Part shown: one piece after another, positions 20,422 through 28,422 of the stretch
Layout of the letters: each line of letters starts with the position of its first letter
How positions within the stretch are numbered: the stretch's first letter is position 1
Assembly (NCBI GenBank): GCA_965219535.1
Contig: CBDCNV010000001.1
Location: forward strand, 1,920,001-1,952,000
Reading direction: 5' to 3'
DNA from: Opitutales bacterium
Lineage (GTDB): Bacteria; Verrucomicrobiota; Verrucomicrobiia; Opitutales; PNEW01
Length of the DNA stretch: 32,000 bases
Notes under the pieces: model-generated
The model's database searches: none
Told to the model about the DNA's origin: nothing
What the model saw: the letters and a program-made list of their open reading frames with translations, nothing else
Position numbers and translations under genes: made by a program

Positions 20422-21288
20422 TTACTGTACCAGAGCAAGTGTTAGTTCCGGCAGGGTGGTATGGGTTTTAACTTTCTTAGACATGGCTCTCTGGGCGTAT
20501 TCGGCCGGAGGCCGATAGCCCAGAGAACTGTGTGGTCTTTGAGTATTATAATCAAGCCGCCAGGCTTCAAGTTTTTCTTTCGCTTCAGCGAGCGTACAAA
20601 ATAGCTCGGTGTTAAGAAGTTCATCTCGTAAGCGTCCATTGAAGCTCTCAATATAACCATTCTCTACGGGTTTACCTGGCCGGATAAAATCCAGCTTGAT
20701 GCCATGGCCATAAGCCCATTCATCCAGTACTTTGCCGGAAAACTCGGGCCCATTATCGACGGTAATGGTTTGGGGAAGACCGATTCCTGCAGCGGCTTTC
20801 ATAAGTGCTGCAGCGACTTTGTGCCCACCGATGGACGTATCGACCAAAAGCAGTGGGCAAGCTCGGGTGTATTGATCGACAACGGTGAGTATGCGGAAGG
20901 GGCGGCCGTTGGTCAGCCGATCGCTCATAAAGTCCATCGACCAGCGCTCCTGGGCTGCTGAAGCCGCGGGCAGTGAGACCCGTCTTTGCGCGGCACGCTT
21001 CTTTCGTTTCTTCGTGCGCACTTCCAGCCCTTCGGCCTTGTAGATACGATAAACGCGTTTCTTTCCTACCGTCCAGCCTTCCCGCTTTAATAACACCGTG
21101 ATTCGCCGATACCCGTAGCGCACGCGCGCTGCGGCGAGGTCACGGATGCGCATGATCAGCGCACGTTCGTCCTTCTTCACCGGCTGGTAGTTATAACTCG
21201 ACCAATACAACTTCATCAGCCTGCACGCGCGGCGTTTGCTCACCTCATAAGCTTCCACTAACCAGTCAGCAATCACCTTCTTGCGCAC
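20422..21288 (-). CDS. IS3-family transposase OrfB (DDE/rve integrase domain) of IS-A, probably expressed as an OrfAB fusion by -1 frameshifting
   Basis: 288 aa. It contains ...WSMDFMSD...TVDNGPEF...[14 protein letters not shown]...HSSLGYRPP, i.e. the DD(35)E region and the conserved C-terminal motif. The reading frame is -1 relative to orfA and overlaps it at the A7 run. Confidence 0.9.
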   Translation of the reverse strand: MRKKVIADWLVEAYEVSKRRACRLMKLYWSSYNYQPVKKDERALIMRIRDLAAARVRYGYRRITVLLKREGWTVGKKRVYRIYKAEGLEVRTKKRKKRAAQRRVSLPAASAAQERWSMDFMSDRLTNGRPFRILTVVDQYTRACPLLLVDTSIGGHKVAAALMKAAAGIGLPQTITVDNGPEFSGKVLDEWAYGHGIKLDFIRPGKPVENGYIESFNGRLRDELLNTELFCTLAEAKEKLEAWRLDYNTQRPHSSLGYRPPAEYAQRAMSKKVKTHTTLPELTLALVQ

Positions 21289-21293
21289 AGGCT

Positions 21294-21566
21294 TTATAAT
21301 TTTTTTGCGATTACTTCCTGCAGCATGTGCTTGTCCAGGCTCAGATCAGCTACCAGCTTCTTCAAACTGGCGTTCTCTTCATCGAGTTGCTTCAGCCGTC
21401 TTAATTCGCTCATTCCCATGCCCGCGTATTTACCCTTCCATCGGTGGTAGGTCTGTTCGCTCACGCCTAACTCTCGGCACACTTCGGCGATCCTTCGACC
21501 GCCTTCTACCTGCCTTAGGGCATAGATGATTTGTTCTTTATTATATCGTTTTCCTTTATTTTTCAT
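21294..21566 (-). CDS. IS3-family transposase OrfA (HTH plus leucine zipper) of IS-A
   Basis: 90 aa: [23 protein letters not shown]...[12 protein letters not shown]...[23 protein letters not shown]. It ends GCA AAA AAA TTA TAA. Confidence 0.9.
   Translation of the reverse strand: MKNKGKRYNKEQIIYALRQVEGGRRIAEVCRELGVSEQTYHRWKGKYAGMGMSELRRLKQLDEENASLKKLVADLSLDKHMLQEVIAKKL
21300..21306 (-). promoter_or_regulatory. A7 slippery heptamer for programmed -1 ribosomal frameshifting (IS-A orfA/orfB)
   Basis: A run of seven T on the plus strand (A AAA AAA on the coding strand) lies at the orfA/orfB overlap. After a -1 slip the frame reads ...[16 protein letters not shown]... into OrfB. Confidence 0.75.
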
Positions 21567-21652
21567 GGGTGGTTCTTTCTCCTATTTTTTATTAGGTTTT
21601 CCACCCATGCCAGACTAAATCTTTGCTGGTCCAGTTTTACGGGGACAGGTCA

Positions 21653-22599
21653 GGTGTTAATGGTTTTAGGATTGATGTATATGAGAGATCTTGGCGAAGT
21701 GAGGGCGTAGCCCGAACGCGGCCAAGATCGGAAAGGAATCTGACAAACTCTTGTGGGCTTTTGAAGCCTAAACGACTGTGGGGATGTTCATGGTTATAGG
21801 TCTGACGCCATTGTTCGATTACCACTTGCGCTTCAGCCACGCTGAGCAACACTTCACGGTTCAAACACTCATCGCGTAAGCGGTTGTGAAACGACTCGAT
21901 GAAACCGTTTTGCCAGGGACTGCCCGGATCGATATAGATCGCCTTTATGTTATTACCGGACAACCACTGCTGCACTTGATGAGCAATGAACTCACTGCCG
22001 TTGTCACTACGGATATAGCTGGGAGGTCCCTCCTCTTCAATGGCCTCGCTAAGCACAGAGAGGACATCGGTTGAGGTGAGTTGACGAGCGACCCGGATAT
22101 CCAGGCATTTACGCGTATATGTCTTCGCTTCGCTTGAGTGTCGTCGCTTTCAGCTCCTCGGTACATCGATTAGAGTCATCATCTTTAATGGACCGCCGTT
22201 GTCTGTACGATCATGGACAAAGTCCCAGGACCAAACGTGATTGCGACCCTTTGCTTTAGTAGGTGACCCCGTAGAGACTCCTTGACGGTGTCTGCCCTTT
22301 TTCGGGGGCTTTACCTGCAGCCCTTCTGAACGTCGTACCGCCTGGACAAACTTCCTGCTTGTTGTCCAGCCTTCCTTTACCAGCAAGGCACGGATGCGCC
22401 GGTAACCGTAGCGGGGATGTTTCCAGGACAAGCTCACAATCCGCTCGACCAACCGCTGAGCTTTCTCACTGGCCTGTTTGGGCCGGTAACTGAACGTTGA
22501 CCAACTCAGGCTGAGATAAGCACAAGCCCTCCGCAACGAGCACAACCCTTTCTCAGCCGCAGCTTTTACTACTCGTTTCTTCTGCTTTGGGCTCACCAT
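21653..22599 (-). pseudogene. IS-B transposase orfB, disrupted by an in-frame TGA at 22150..22152 and 3'-truncated by the IS-A insertion
   Basis: The fragments 22150..22599 (…WSWDFVHDRTDNGGPLKMMTLIDVPRS*) and 21637..22056 (…SYIRSDNGSEF…NGFIESFHNRLRDE…HSRLGF) are in the same frame. Manual translation across the gap gives *KRRHSSEAKTYTRKCLDIRVARQLTSTDVLSVLSEAIEEE. The last 8 codons of the track ORF are IS-A inverted-repeat sequence. The native C-terminus (…PLTPGNSLT*) resumes at 20402 and ends with a stop at 20384..20386. Confidence 0.85.
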
Positions 22600-22886
22600 T
22601 TTTTTGACAGCGTTTCCTCCATTACCTGATTCTTGAGCATTTGATCTGCGAGCAGCTTCTTCAGCTCGGTATGTCAGGCCTTCTCGCTTGCGCTCGTGAA
22701 TTCTTTTTCCAGCTCTTTAAATCGCTTCGCATCGGCAAGTTCTAAATTGCCATATTTTTTACGCCAGCGATAGAAAGTCTGTTCGCTCAGGTTGTTTCCA
22801 CGGCAGATTTCCTGTACCGTTTTACCGGTATCGGCTTGCCGCAATATTGTTATAATCTGTTCTGTTGTGTATCTTTTTCTTTTCAT
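22593..22886 (-). pseudogene. IS-B transposase orfA with an in-frame TGA at 22674..22676
   Basis: The track ORF is 70 aa and ends ...ELEKEFTSASEKA*. The same frame continues HTELKKLLADQMLKNQVMEETLSKKW*, the normal leucine-zipper end of IS3 OrfA, up to the A7 slip site at 22599..22605. Confidence 0.85.
22599..22605 (-). promoter_or_regulatory. A7 slippery heptamer of IS-B (orfA/orfB -1 frameshift site)
   Basis: Seven T on the plus strand correspond to coding-strand TCA AAA AAA TGG TGA. The -1 frame reads ATG GTG AGC CCA..., i.e. MVSPKQKK..., which is OrfB. Confidence 0.7.
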
Positions 22887-23405
22887 TGAGGTTATCTGTT
22901 TATCCCGATAACCTCTCTCTGTAAATGATACGATTTTTGGGGGTCACTCCAATAAAACGCCAAGCTTCCCATAGCATGATGAGGTAGAATGAAATGCGGA
23001 AAAAAATCAGGCTTGTGCAATCAACTGGTTCGAACAGCGTCTGTGATAAGCGTTGCGGAAAAGGCTGTGCAGTGCCTAATGCCTCTTTTTTAACGATGAC
23101 CGTCATAAATTTAGTTTTACTTAGCTGATATTAAATAAGCCATAAATTTTATTTAAGCTGACATTGAGATATCCTTAACGGAAGCGAAAGATTTACCTGG
23201 AAATAAAGACTTTCTCTAGATTACCTATTTTCATGTCAGTCTAAGACGGGACATTCTGTCGATCTTTATAGAGTATTTAGTTATCAGTATCTTTTACGCG
23301 TATTCCCCTTACATTGTTCCAGTGGGGAATAGACAGATTGAATTTTATTAAAAAAAACTTGTATCAGCAGTCAATCCACTCCTTATTACTCAACTTCACA
23401 AACGA

Positions 23406-23482
<77 letters not shown>

Positions 23483-23757
23483 AATTTCACGAGAAGCATT
23501 TGTAATCAGCTCGTGTTGAATCTACAGGTTCATAATTGAAAACTGGATGTAAAAGCATTCAAGCGTCTCTATCGGCCGCTCCCAGGCCTATTTCAGGATG
23601 AATTTCTTCTTGCTTTCCACACGTCAGAAGCTATTGCTTTTTCTTTCTCCTCGCTGCGTCCGTTCCCAGGTTTCGGTAAGGCTTACCCATTTATTGATAA
23701 AACATTTATTTATTTACAAGAACAGATCCCACTTCACTGGGCCATCACCAGTAATAT

Positions 23758-24615
23758 ATGAATATAACAATTAACGATCTACTTGATGCAGGTGTGCACT
23801 TCGGACACCAGTTACGCCGATTTAATCCGAAAGCAAAGCCATATGTTTACGATAATCGGCATGGAATTTCGGTTATTGATTTGGAGCAAACCTATGCTCT
23901 CCTCGATGAAGCAGCCACGTATATCGAAGAACTCGTAACTTCCGGTCAAAATGTCCTCTTTGTCGGCACAAAACGGCAAGCCCAGGAGATCATTCGCGAA
24001 GCGGCTACGGCCTGTCAGATGCCTTTTTGCGCAAATCGATGGATGGGCGGTACGCTTACCAATTATTCGACTATTAAATCCAGCTTGGACAAATATAAAA
24101 ATTATCTCGCCATGGATGCCGATGGCTCCCTTGACAAACTTCACAACAAAGAGGCTTCCGCAATCCGCCGTGAAATGAATAGGATGCAACGCAATTTCGA
24201 AGGTCTCCTTGAAATGACTGAGCTGCCTGCCGCAATATTCGTAATCGATATCAATCATGAACAAATAGCAGTTGCCGAAGCTAATAGAATGAAAGTTCCT
24301 CTCATCGCTCTCGTCGATACCAATAGTGATCCTAATCTTATCGATAAACCTATACCAGGTAATGACGATTCCATTAAATCTATCCGTGTGATCGTCGAGA
24401 CAATAGTTGAAGCTGTGCAGAATGGTCTTTCTCAACGTGAATCGCAGACAAAAACAATGGGGATCTCACCCATTGTGCGTGAAATCACCAAAGAAGAACA
24501 ACTACCGATAACAGCAACCACTGCACCCACTGACGAAAATCAGGCAGCTGATGAAATTCCCACTTCCTACTCATCGGACATTGATGATGATTCCTCTTCG
24601 TCAACTTCCAATTGA
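23758..24615 (+). CDS. rpsB: 30S ribosomal protein S2 with an acidic, Ser-rich C-terminal extension
   Basis: 285 aa. LLDAGVHFGHQLRRFNPK... is a canonical S2 N-terminus. The protein ends ...SYSSDIDDDSSSSTSN. tsf follows. Confidence 0.94.
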   Translation: MNITINDLLDAGVHFGHQLRRFNPKAKPYVYDNRHGISVIDLEQTYALLDEAATYIEELVTSGQNVLFVGTKRQAQEIIREAATACQMPFCANRWMGGTLTNYSTIKSSLDKYKNYLAMDADGSLDKLHNKEASAIRREMNRMQRNFEGLLEMTELPAAIFVIDINHEQIAVAEANRMKVPLIALVDTNSDPNLIDKPIPGNDDSIKSIRVIVETIVEAVQNGLSQRESQTKTMGISPIVREITKEEQLPITATTAPTDENQAADEIPTSYSSDIDDDSSSSTSN

Positions 24616-24660
24616 TAAGTCCAATCTTTCTGAGATTAGAGTAATAGAAGTGACAATATT

Positions 24661-25254
24661 ATGAGCGTTGAAATTACTGCACAATTAGTGAGCGAATTGC
24701 GATCAGAGACCGGAGCCGGTCTCATGGATTGCAAAAAAGCGCTGACCGAATCAAATGGCGACTCAGAGCAGGCAATGCTTATCCTGCGCAAAAAGGGAAT
24801 AGCTGCCGCCGAAAAGAAATCCAGCCGCAGCGCCAGCGAGGGATTAATTGAACAATACATCCATCTGGGAGGGAAAGTCGGTGTTTTAATTGAAGTAAAT
24901 TGTGAGACGGATTTTGTGGCGAAAACAGAGGACTTCAAAACTTTTGTAAAAGACATCTGTCTTCATATCGCGGCAGCAAATCCAGTTTGCATTTCACGAG
25001 AAGAGGTACCGGAAGAATTAATTGAAAAAGAGCGTGAAATAGCTACCTCCCAAATTCAAAACAAACCTGCCCATATCATCGAGAAAATCGTCGAAGGTAA
25101 ATTAGATAAATATTACCAAGGTGTATGCCTGCTCGAACAACCCTTCGTGAAAAATCCTGATCAGACGGTTCAGGAGCTCCTTACAGAAAAAATTGCGAAG
25201 CTCGGTGAAAACATGATTATACGTCGCTTTGCCCGCTATCAGCTAGGAGACTAA
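24661..25254 (+). CDS. tsf: Translation elongation factor Ts (short form)
   Basis: 197 aa. The sequence VSELRSETGAGLMDCKKAL and the TDFVAK motif match EF-Ts. It forms the conserved rpsB-tsf pair. Confidence 0.93.
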   Translation: MSVEITAQLVSELRSETGAGLMDCKKALTESNGDSEQAMLILRKKGIAAAEKKSSRSASEGLIEQYIHLGGKVGVLIEVNCETDFVAKTEDFKTFVKDICLHIAAANPVCISREEVPEELIEKEREIATSQIQNKPAHIIEKIVEGKLDKYYQGVCLLEQPFVKNPDQTVQELLTEKIAKLGENMIIRRFARYQLGD

Positions 25255-25274
25255 GGAGTATTTGCCCGGCTGGG

Positions 25275-26210
25275 TTAATCCCATCTTCCAAAGAGCTCTA
25301 CGATATGAGCATTTAGCTCTTCTTGCTCTTTATCACTGAGCGTGTAATAGGGAGCCCTGCGATATCTTTTCGAATGTCCGGCGCATTCTAAAATACCGTG
25401 AATAGCTGCGTCACGACCTCCGACAACACTGTTATTATAATCGAAAAAAGGCATATCATAATCCCGAATAATGGCTGACGCGGAGTTTAAGTCCCCTTCA
25501 AGGATGGCATTCCAATAGCTCCAGGTAATCTCTGGTTTAAACATAATAAAATTCGAAAAATATCCGTCCACCCCATAAGGCAGCATATTCATATGATTTT
25601 GTTTTAAGCCACCGGCAATTATCGCCCAATGATCGTGAGCGATAAGACAAGCCTTGCGTACAAATTCCCCACAGACATCATCCTTCAGAGCAACGACACC
25701 AGGGGCTCTTTCAACAAGTGTTTCTATAACTTTATAAGAAAAGTTTAAGGGTCGATTTTTCAGATAATTGGTTACAATCATAACGGGTAAGTGCTTACCT
25801 ATTGCACTGTAATGATCGACAAGTGTATTTACAGTTGTCGATCCCGCCCAGTCTGGCGGTAAAACCATAAGCATATCCGCACCGAGCTTAGTACAGTATT
25901 CAGCAAATTCTACCGATTTGCCGGTCCACCAGTTACCGGTTGCCGCTACTACCAGCGCGCGTTTATCAACCTGTTCGATCACAACTTTTGTGATTTCTGC
26001 AATTTCGTCATCAGTAAGGAGCGAAAACAAGCTGTTACCATAAGTCAGAACAAGATTTTTCGCGCCAGCACTAATTACATAGTCTATTTGTCGACGCAGC
26101 CCAGGCCAGTCAATCTGCCCTCCTCTGTCAAATGGTGTCCGAACTGAGGGACATGGCCCAGTGAGGGCTTCACGCAGTTCGGCCGGGCATTTTTCATTTT
26201 TTTGCCCCAT
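25275..26210 (-). CDS. DHDPS/N-acetylneuraminate-lyase-family class I aldolase-like protein, paralog 1
   Basis: 311 aa. The TIM-barrel family pattern has a candidate Schiff-base Lys in VVALKDDVCG. The usual G-[ST]-T-G-E motif position reads TYGNSLFSLLTDDE. It is roughly two-thirds identical by eye to the next gene. Confidence 0.7.
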   Translation of the reverse strand: MGQKNEKCPAELREALTGPCPSVRTPFDRGGQIDWPGLRRQIDYVISAGAKNLVLTYGNSLFSLLTDDEIAEITKVVIEQVDKRALVVAATGNWWTGKSVEFAEYCTKLGADMLMVLPPDWAGSTTVNTLVDHYSAIGKHLPVMIVTNYLKNRPLNFSYKVIETLVERAPGVVALKDDVCGEFVRKACLIAHDHWAIIAGGLKQNHMNMLPYGVDGYFSNFIMFKPEITWSYWNAILEGDLNSASAIIRDYDMPFFDYNNSVVGGRDAAIHGILECAGHSKRYRRAPYYTLSDKEQEELNAHIVELFGRWD

Positions 26211-26247
26211 GCTTTTGGGATTAAATGTAAATTACCGTTTGTAAGTT

Positions 26248-27177
26248 CTACATCCCGTAATGGTCGGTGATAAATGCTTGAAGGCTTTCGAAATCCTTAT
26301 CGCTGATCGAGTGATAAGGCGCTCTTCGATATCTCTTCGAATGCCCAGCGATCTCCAATATGCCGTGTAACGCCGCATCACGCCCACCTTCTACCGTATT
26401 AATATATTCAAATAGTGGCATATCATAATCACGAATAAATGCTGCGGCCTCCTTTATATTCCCTTCAAAGATCGCGTTCCAGTAGCGCCAGGCAAGTTCG
26501 GGTTTAAATATTATAAACACTGAAAAATTACCATCCACCCCATAGGGCAGCATGTTCATATGATTCTCTTTTATACCGCCAGCTATAATCGCCCAATGAT
26601 CATAAGCGATGGTACATACCTTGCGGACAAAAGCGTTACAAACATCATCTTTAAGGGCGACAATACCAGGAACCCGTTCGACAAGCGTTTCGATAACTTC
26701 AAAAGCAAATGCGGCGGGTCGATTACCCAGGTAATTTGTTACTACCATAACCGGAATGTGTTCACTTGCTGTTCTATAATGGGTGACTAGTGTTTCTACG
26801 GTAGTCGATGCCCCCCAGTCAGGCGGTAATACCATTAGCATATCGGCACCCAGTTCTGCGCAATATTTTGCAAATTCTGCTGTTTTTCCCGTCCACCAGA
26901 TTCCGGTTGCCGCAACAACCATCACCCGCTTATCGACATACTCAACGACTACTTTCGTAAATTCTGCAATCTCATCATCGGTGAGAAGAGAGTAAAGGCT
27001 GTCGCCATAAGTAAGTATAATATTTTTTGCACCGGCCCCAATAACGAAATCCAATTGATTCCGCAATCCGTCCCAATCAATTTCACCATTAATTTTAAAT
27101 GGTGTTCGTACCGATGGGCAAGGCCCCGTTAGAGCTGCACGGAACTCTTGAGGACATTTACTTACATTTGACCTCAT
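26248..27177 (-). CDS. DHDPS/N-acetylneuraminate-lyase-family class I aldolase-like protein, paralog 2
   Basis: 309 aa and colinear with paralog 1. Matching segments include CPQEFRAALTGPCPSVRTPF vs CPAELREALTGPCPSVRTPF, IVALKDDVCN vs VVALKDDVCG, and GHSKRYRRAPY in both. Confidence 0.7.
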   Translation of the reverse strand: MRSNVSKCPQEFRAALTGPCPSVRTPFKINGEIDWDGLRNQLDFVIGAGAKNIILTYGDSLYSLLTDDEIAEFTKVVVEYVDKRVMVVAATGIWWTGKTAEFAKYCAELGADMLMVLPPDWGASTTVETLVTHYRTASEHIPVMVVTNYLGNRPAAFAFEVIETLVERVPGIVALKDDVCNAFVRKVCTIAYDHWAIIAGGIKENHMNMLPYGVDGNFSVFIIFKPELAWRYWNAIFEGNIKEAAAFIRDYDMPLFEYINTVEGGRDAALHGILEIAGHSKRYRRAPYHSISDKDFESLQAFITDHYGM

Positions 27178-27199
27178 AAATTAGATTGAAGGATGAAAT

Positions 27200-27991
27200 T
27201 TATTTTCCGCTCGCTTTTAGAGCACTCTCAAATTCCTTACCCCATAGCGAAAAACTTTGAACAATGGCACCAAAATCACCTCCGTAATTAAGAAATCTAG
27301 CACCGGCATCAAGCAGTCCTTTCAGATCATCACCGCCACCTGTTGGCCTACCCCAGGCGAGACCATTTTTTTCTGCGGCATCGGCTACCTTTTTCTGTGC
27401 TTCCAGAAACCTGGGGTCTTTCAAGTCAGCCGGGCAACCCAAACGATGGCTCAAATCACTGGGGCCAACAAAAAGAACATCCAATCCTTTAACCTCTGCT
27501 ATCTCTTCAACATTATCGACTGCTTGGGGAGATTCTATTTGGACCGCAATTAATGTTTCTCGATTATAATGTTCGGTATAATCTTTTAAATTAAAGTTTG
27601 TATAATAATCACCGTCTAAACCACCACCATCTACACCTCTATCCCCGATTGGAGGAAATTTAGCATTTTCGACTATGCTACTTGCTTGATCAGCCGTATT
27701 TACGAGGGGGATCAATAGACCTGTTGCTCCATTATCCAGAAACTTCCCTATTGGGGTTCGTTCTCGAATTGAACTGGGGCGTATTATACAATCGATATCA
27801 TGAAAATGCGTATTGATAAGAAAGTTTTGTATATCCTTAGGGTTCCAAAAATTATGTTCTGATTCCAGCCAAATACCATCATATCCATTATCAGAAGCAT
27901 GTTTTGGTAGCATAAATGCAGGAGTAACGGCACACACCGTCCTGGCAACTTGACCACTGCGAAGTTTCTTTAGCACTTTCGAATTTCTCAT
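27200..27991 (-). CDS. HpcH/HpaI-family class II (metal-dependent) aldolase
   Basis: 263 aa. Family landmarks are WLESEH (the D/E-x-EH motif), IIRP (catalytic Arg region), VQIESPQAV and VGPSDLS. Confidence 0.78.
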   Translation of the reverse strand: MRNSKVLKKLRSGQVARTVCAVTPAFMLPKHASDNGYDGIWLESEHNFWNPKDIQNFLINTHFHDIDCIIRPSSIRERTPIGKFLDNGATGLLIPLVNTADQASSIVENAKFPPIGDRGVDGGGLDGDYYTNFNLKDYTEHYNRETLIAVQIESPQAVDNVEEIAEVKGLDVLFVGPSDLSHRLGCPADLKDPRFLEAQKKVADAAEKNGLAWGRPTGGGDDLKGLLDAGARFLNYGGDFGAIVQSFSLWGKEFESALKASGK

Positions 27992-28146
27992 AATTTAAAT
28001 TCTTAAAATGGGTTTACTATTTATCCGGTAATTTTTGATGAAGCCGACCTGACAACTTAATGTTATAAAAGTCAAGAGTCACTTAACCTATGATGAGAGG
28101 TAACTTTCCCCTACAATTAAGTTATGTCAGAATTTTTGATATATTT

Positions 28147-28422
28147 TTAAAGCTGCAACCGCTTTTTGATTTCATCAAAATCTAATCCAGCAATTTCGAC
28201 AGTCTTAAGGGGTGATTTTTCACCACGCGCGATGCTTATTGAACGTCTTGGAAGGTTTAATTGAAAGGAAAGATATTCAATGAGCAATTTATTCGCACGC
28301 CCCTCTACAGGTGGTGAATTCAACTTTATTTTAAGTCTCTCTCCCTGCCAACCCGAGATTTTATTACTGGCGGCATTTGTCATGACTCTTACCTCAAGTC
28401 TGAAACACCCACTCGTTGGCAT
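28147..28422 (-). CDS. DUF167/YggU-family protein
   Basis: 91 aa. The patterns LKIKLNSPPVEGRANKLLIEYLS and RGEKSPLKTVEI are typical of UPF0235/YggU. Its start codon directly abuts the pheA stop. Confidence 0.8.
   Translation of the reverse strand: MPTSGCFRLEVRVMTNAASNKISGWQGERLKIKLNSPPVEGRANKLLIEYLSFQLNLPRRSISIARGEKSPLKTVEIAGLDFDEIKKRLQL

Larger units (their letters stand above)
20408..21652 (-). mobile_element. Apparently intact IS3-family insertion sequence (IS-A), 1245 bp
   Basis: The ends are TG...CA. The plus strand from 20408 reads TGACCTGCTCCCGTTTACTGTACCAGAGCAAG. The minus strand from 21652 reads TGACCTGTCCCCGTAAAACTGGACCAGCAAAG. These are imperfect inverted repeats, about three quarters identical by eye. 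The element is flanked by direct GGTGT repeats (20403..20407 and 21653..21657) and contains orfA, an A7 slip site and orfB. Confidence 0.88.
20362..22946 (-). mobile_element. Older IS3-family element (IS-B), inactivated and interrupted by IS-A. About 1335 bp after removing the insert and one copy of the target duplication.
   Basis: The left end, read on the minus strand from 22946, is TGACCCCCAAAAATCGTATCATTTACAGAGAGAGGTTATCGGG. The matching right end, read on the plus strand from about 20362, is GGACCCCGTTTTTCGTACCAATTTAAGTGAGAGAGTTACCGGG. The element contains orfA and orfB with an A7 slippery site. The exact outer base at the 20362 end is uncertain by a few nt, and I saw no clear target duplication. 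Confidence 0.7.

Noticed and set aside
22150-22676. The in-frame TGA codons in IS-B as selenocysteine or readthrough recoding.
   Set aside because: Host genes in the window use TGA as an ordinary stop (for example thiS at 11009..11011). I noticed no SECIS-like hairpin directly downstream. The element is also broken by IS-A, so pseudogenisation is the simpler reading.
22900-23106. A 68-aa ORF on the minus strand next to IS-B.
   Set aside because: Its last about 16 codons are IS-B inverted-repeat sequence. With the IS removed in silico, the frame ends after a few more codons. It has no motif and no RBS, so it is probably not a gene. At most it is a small ORF disrupted by the IS.
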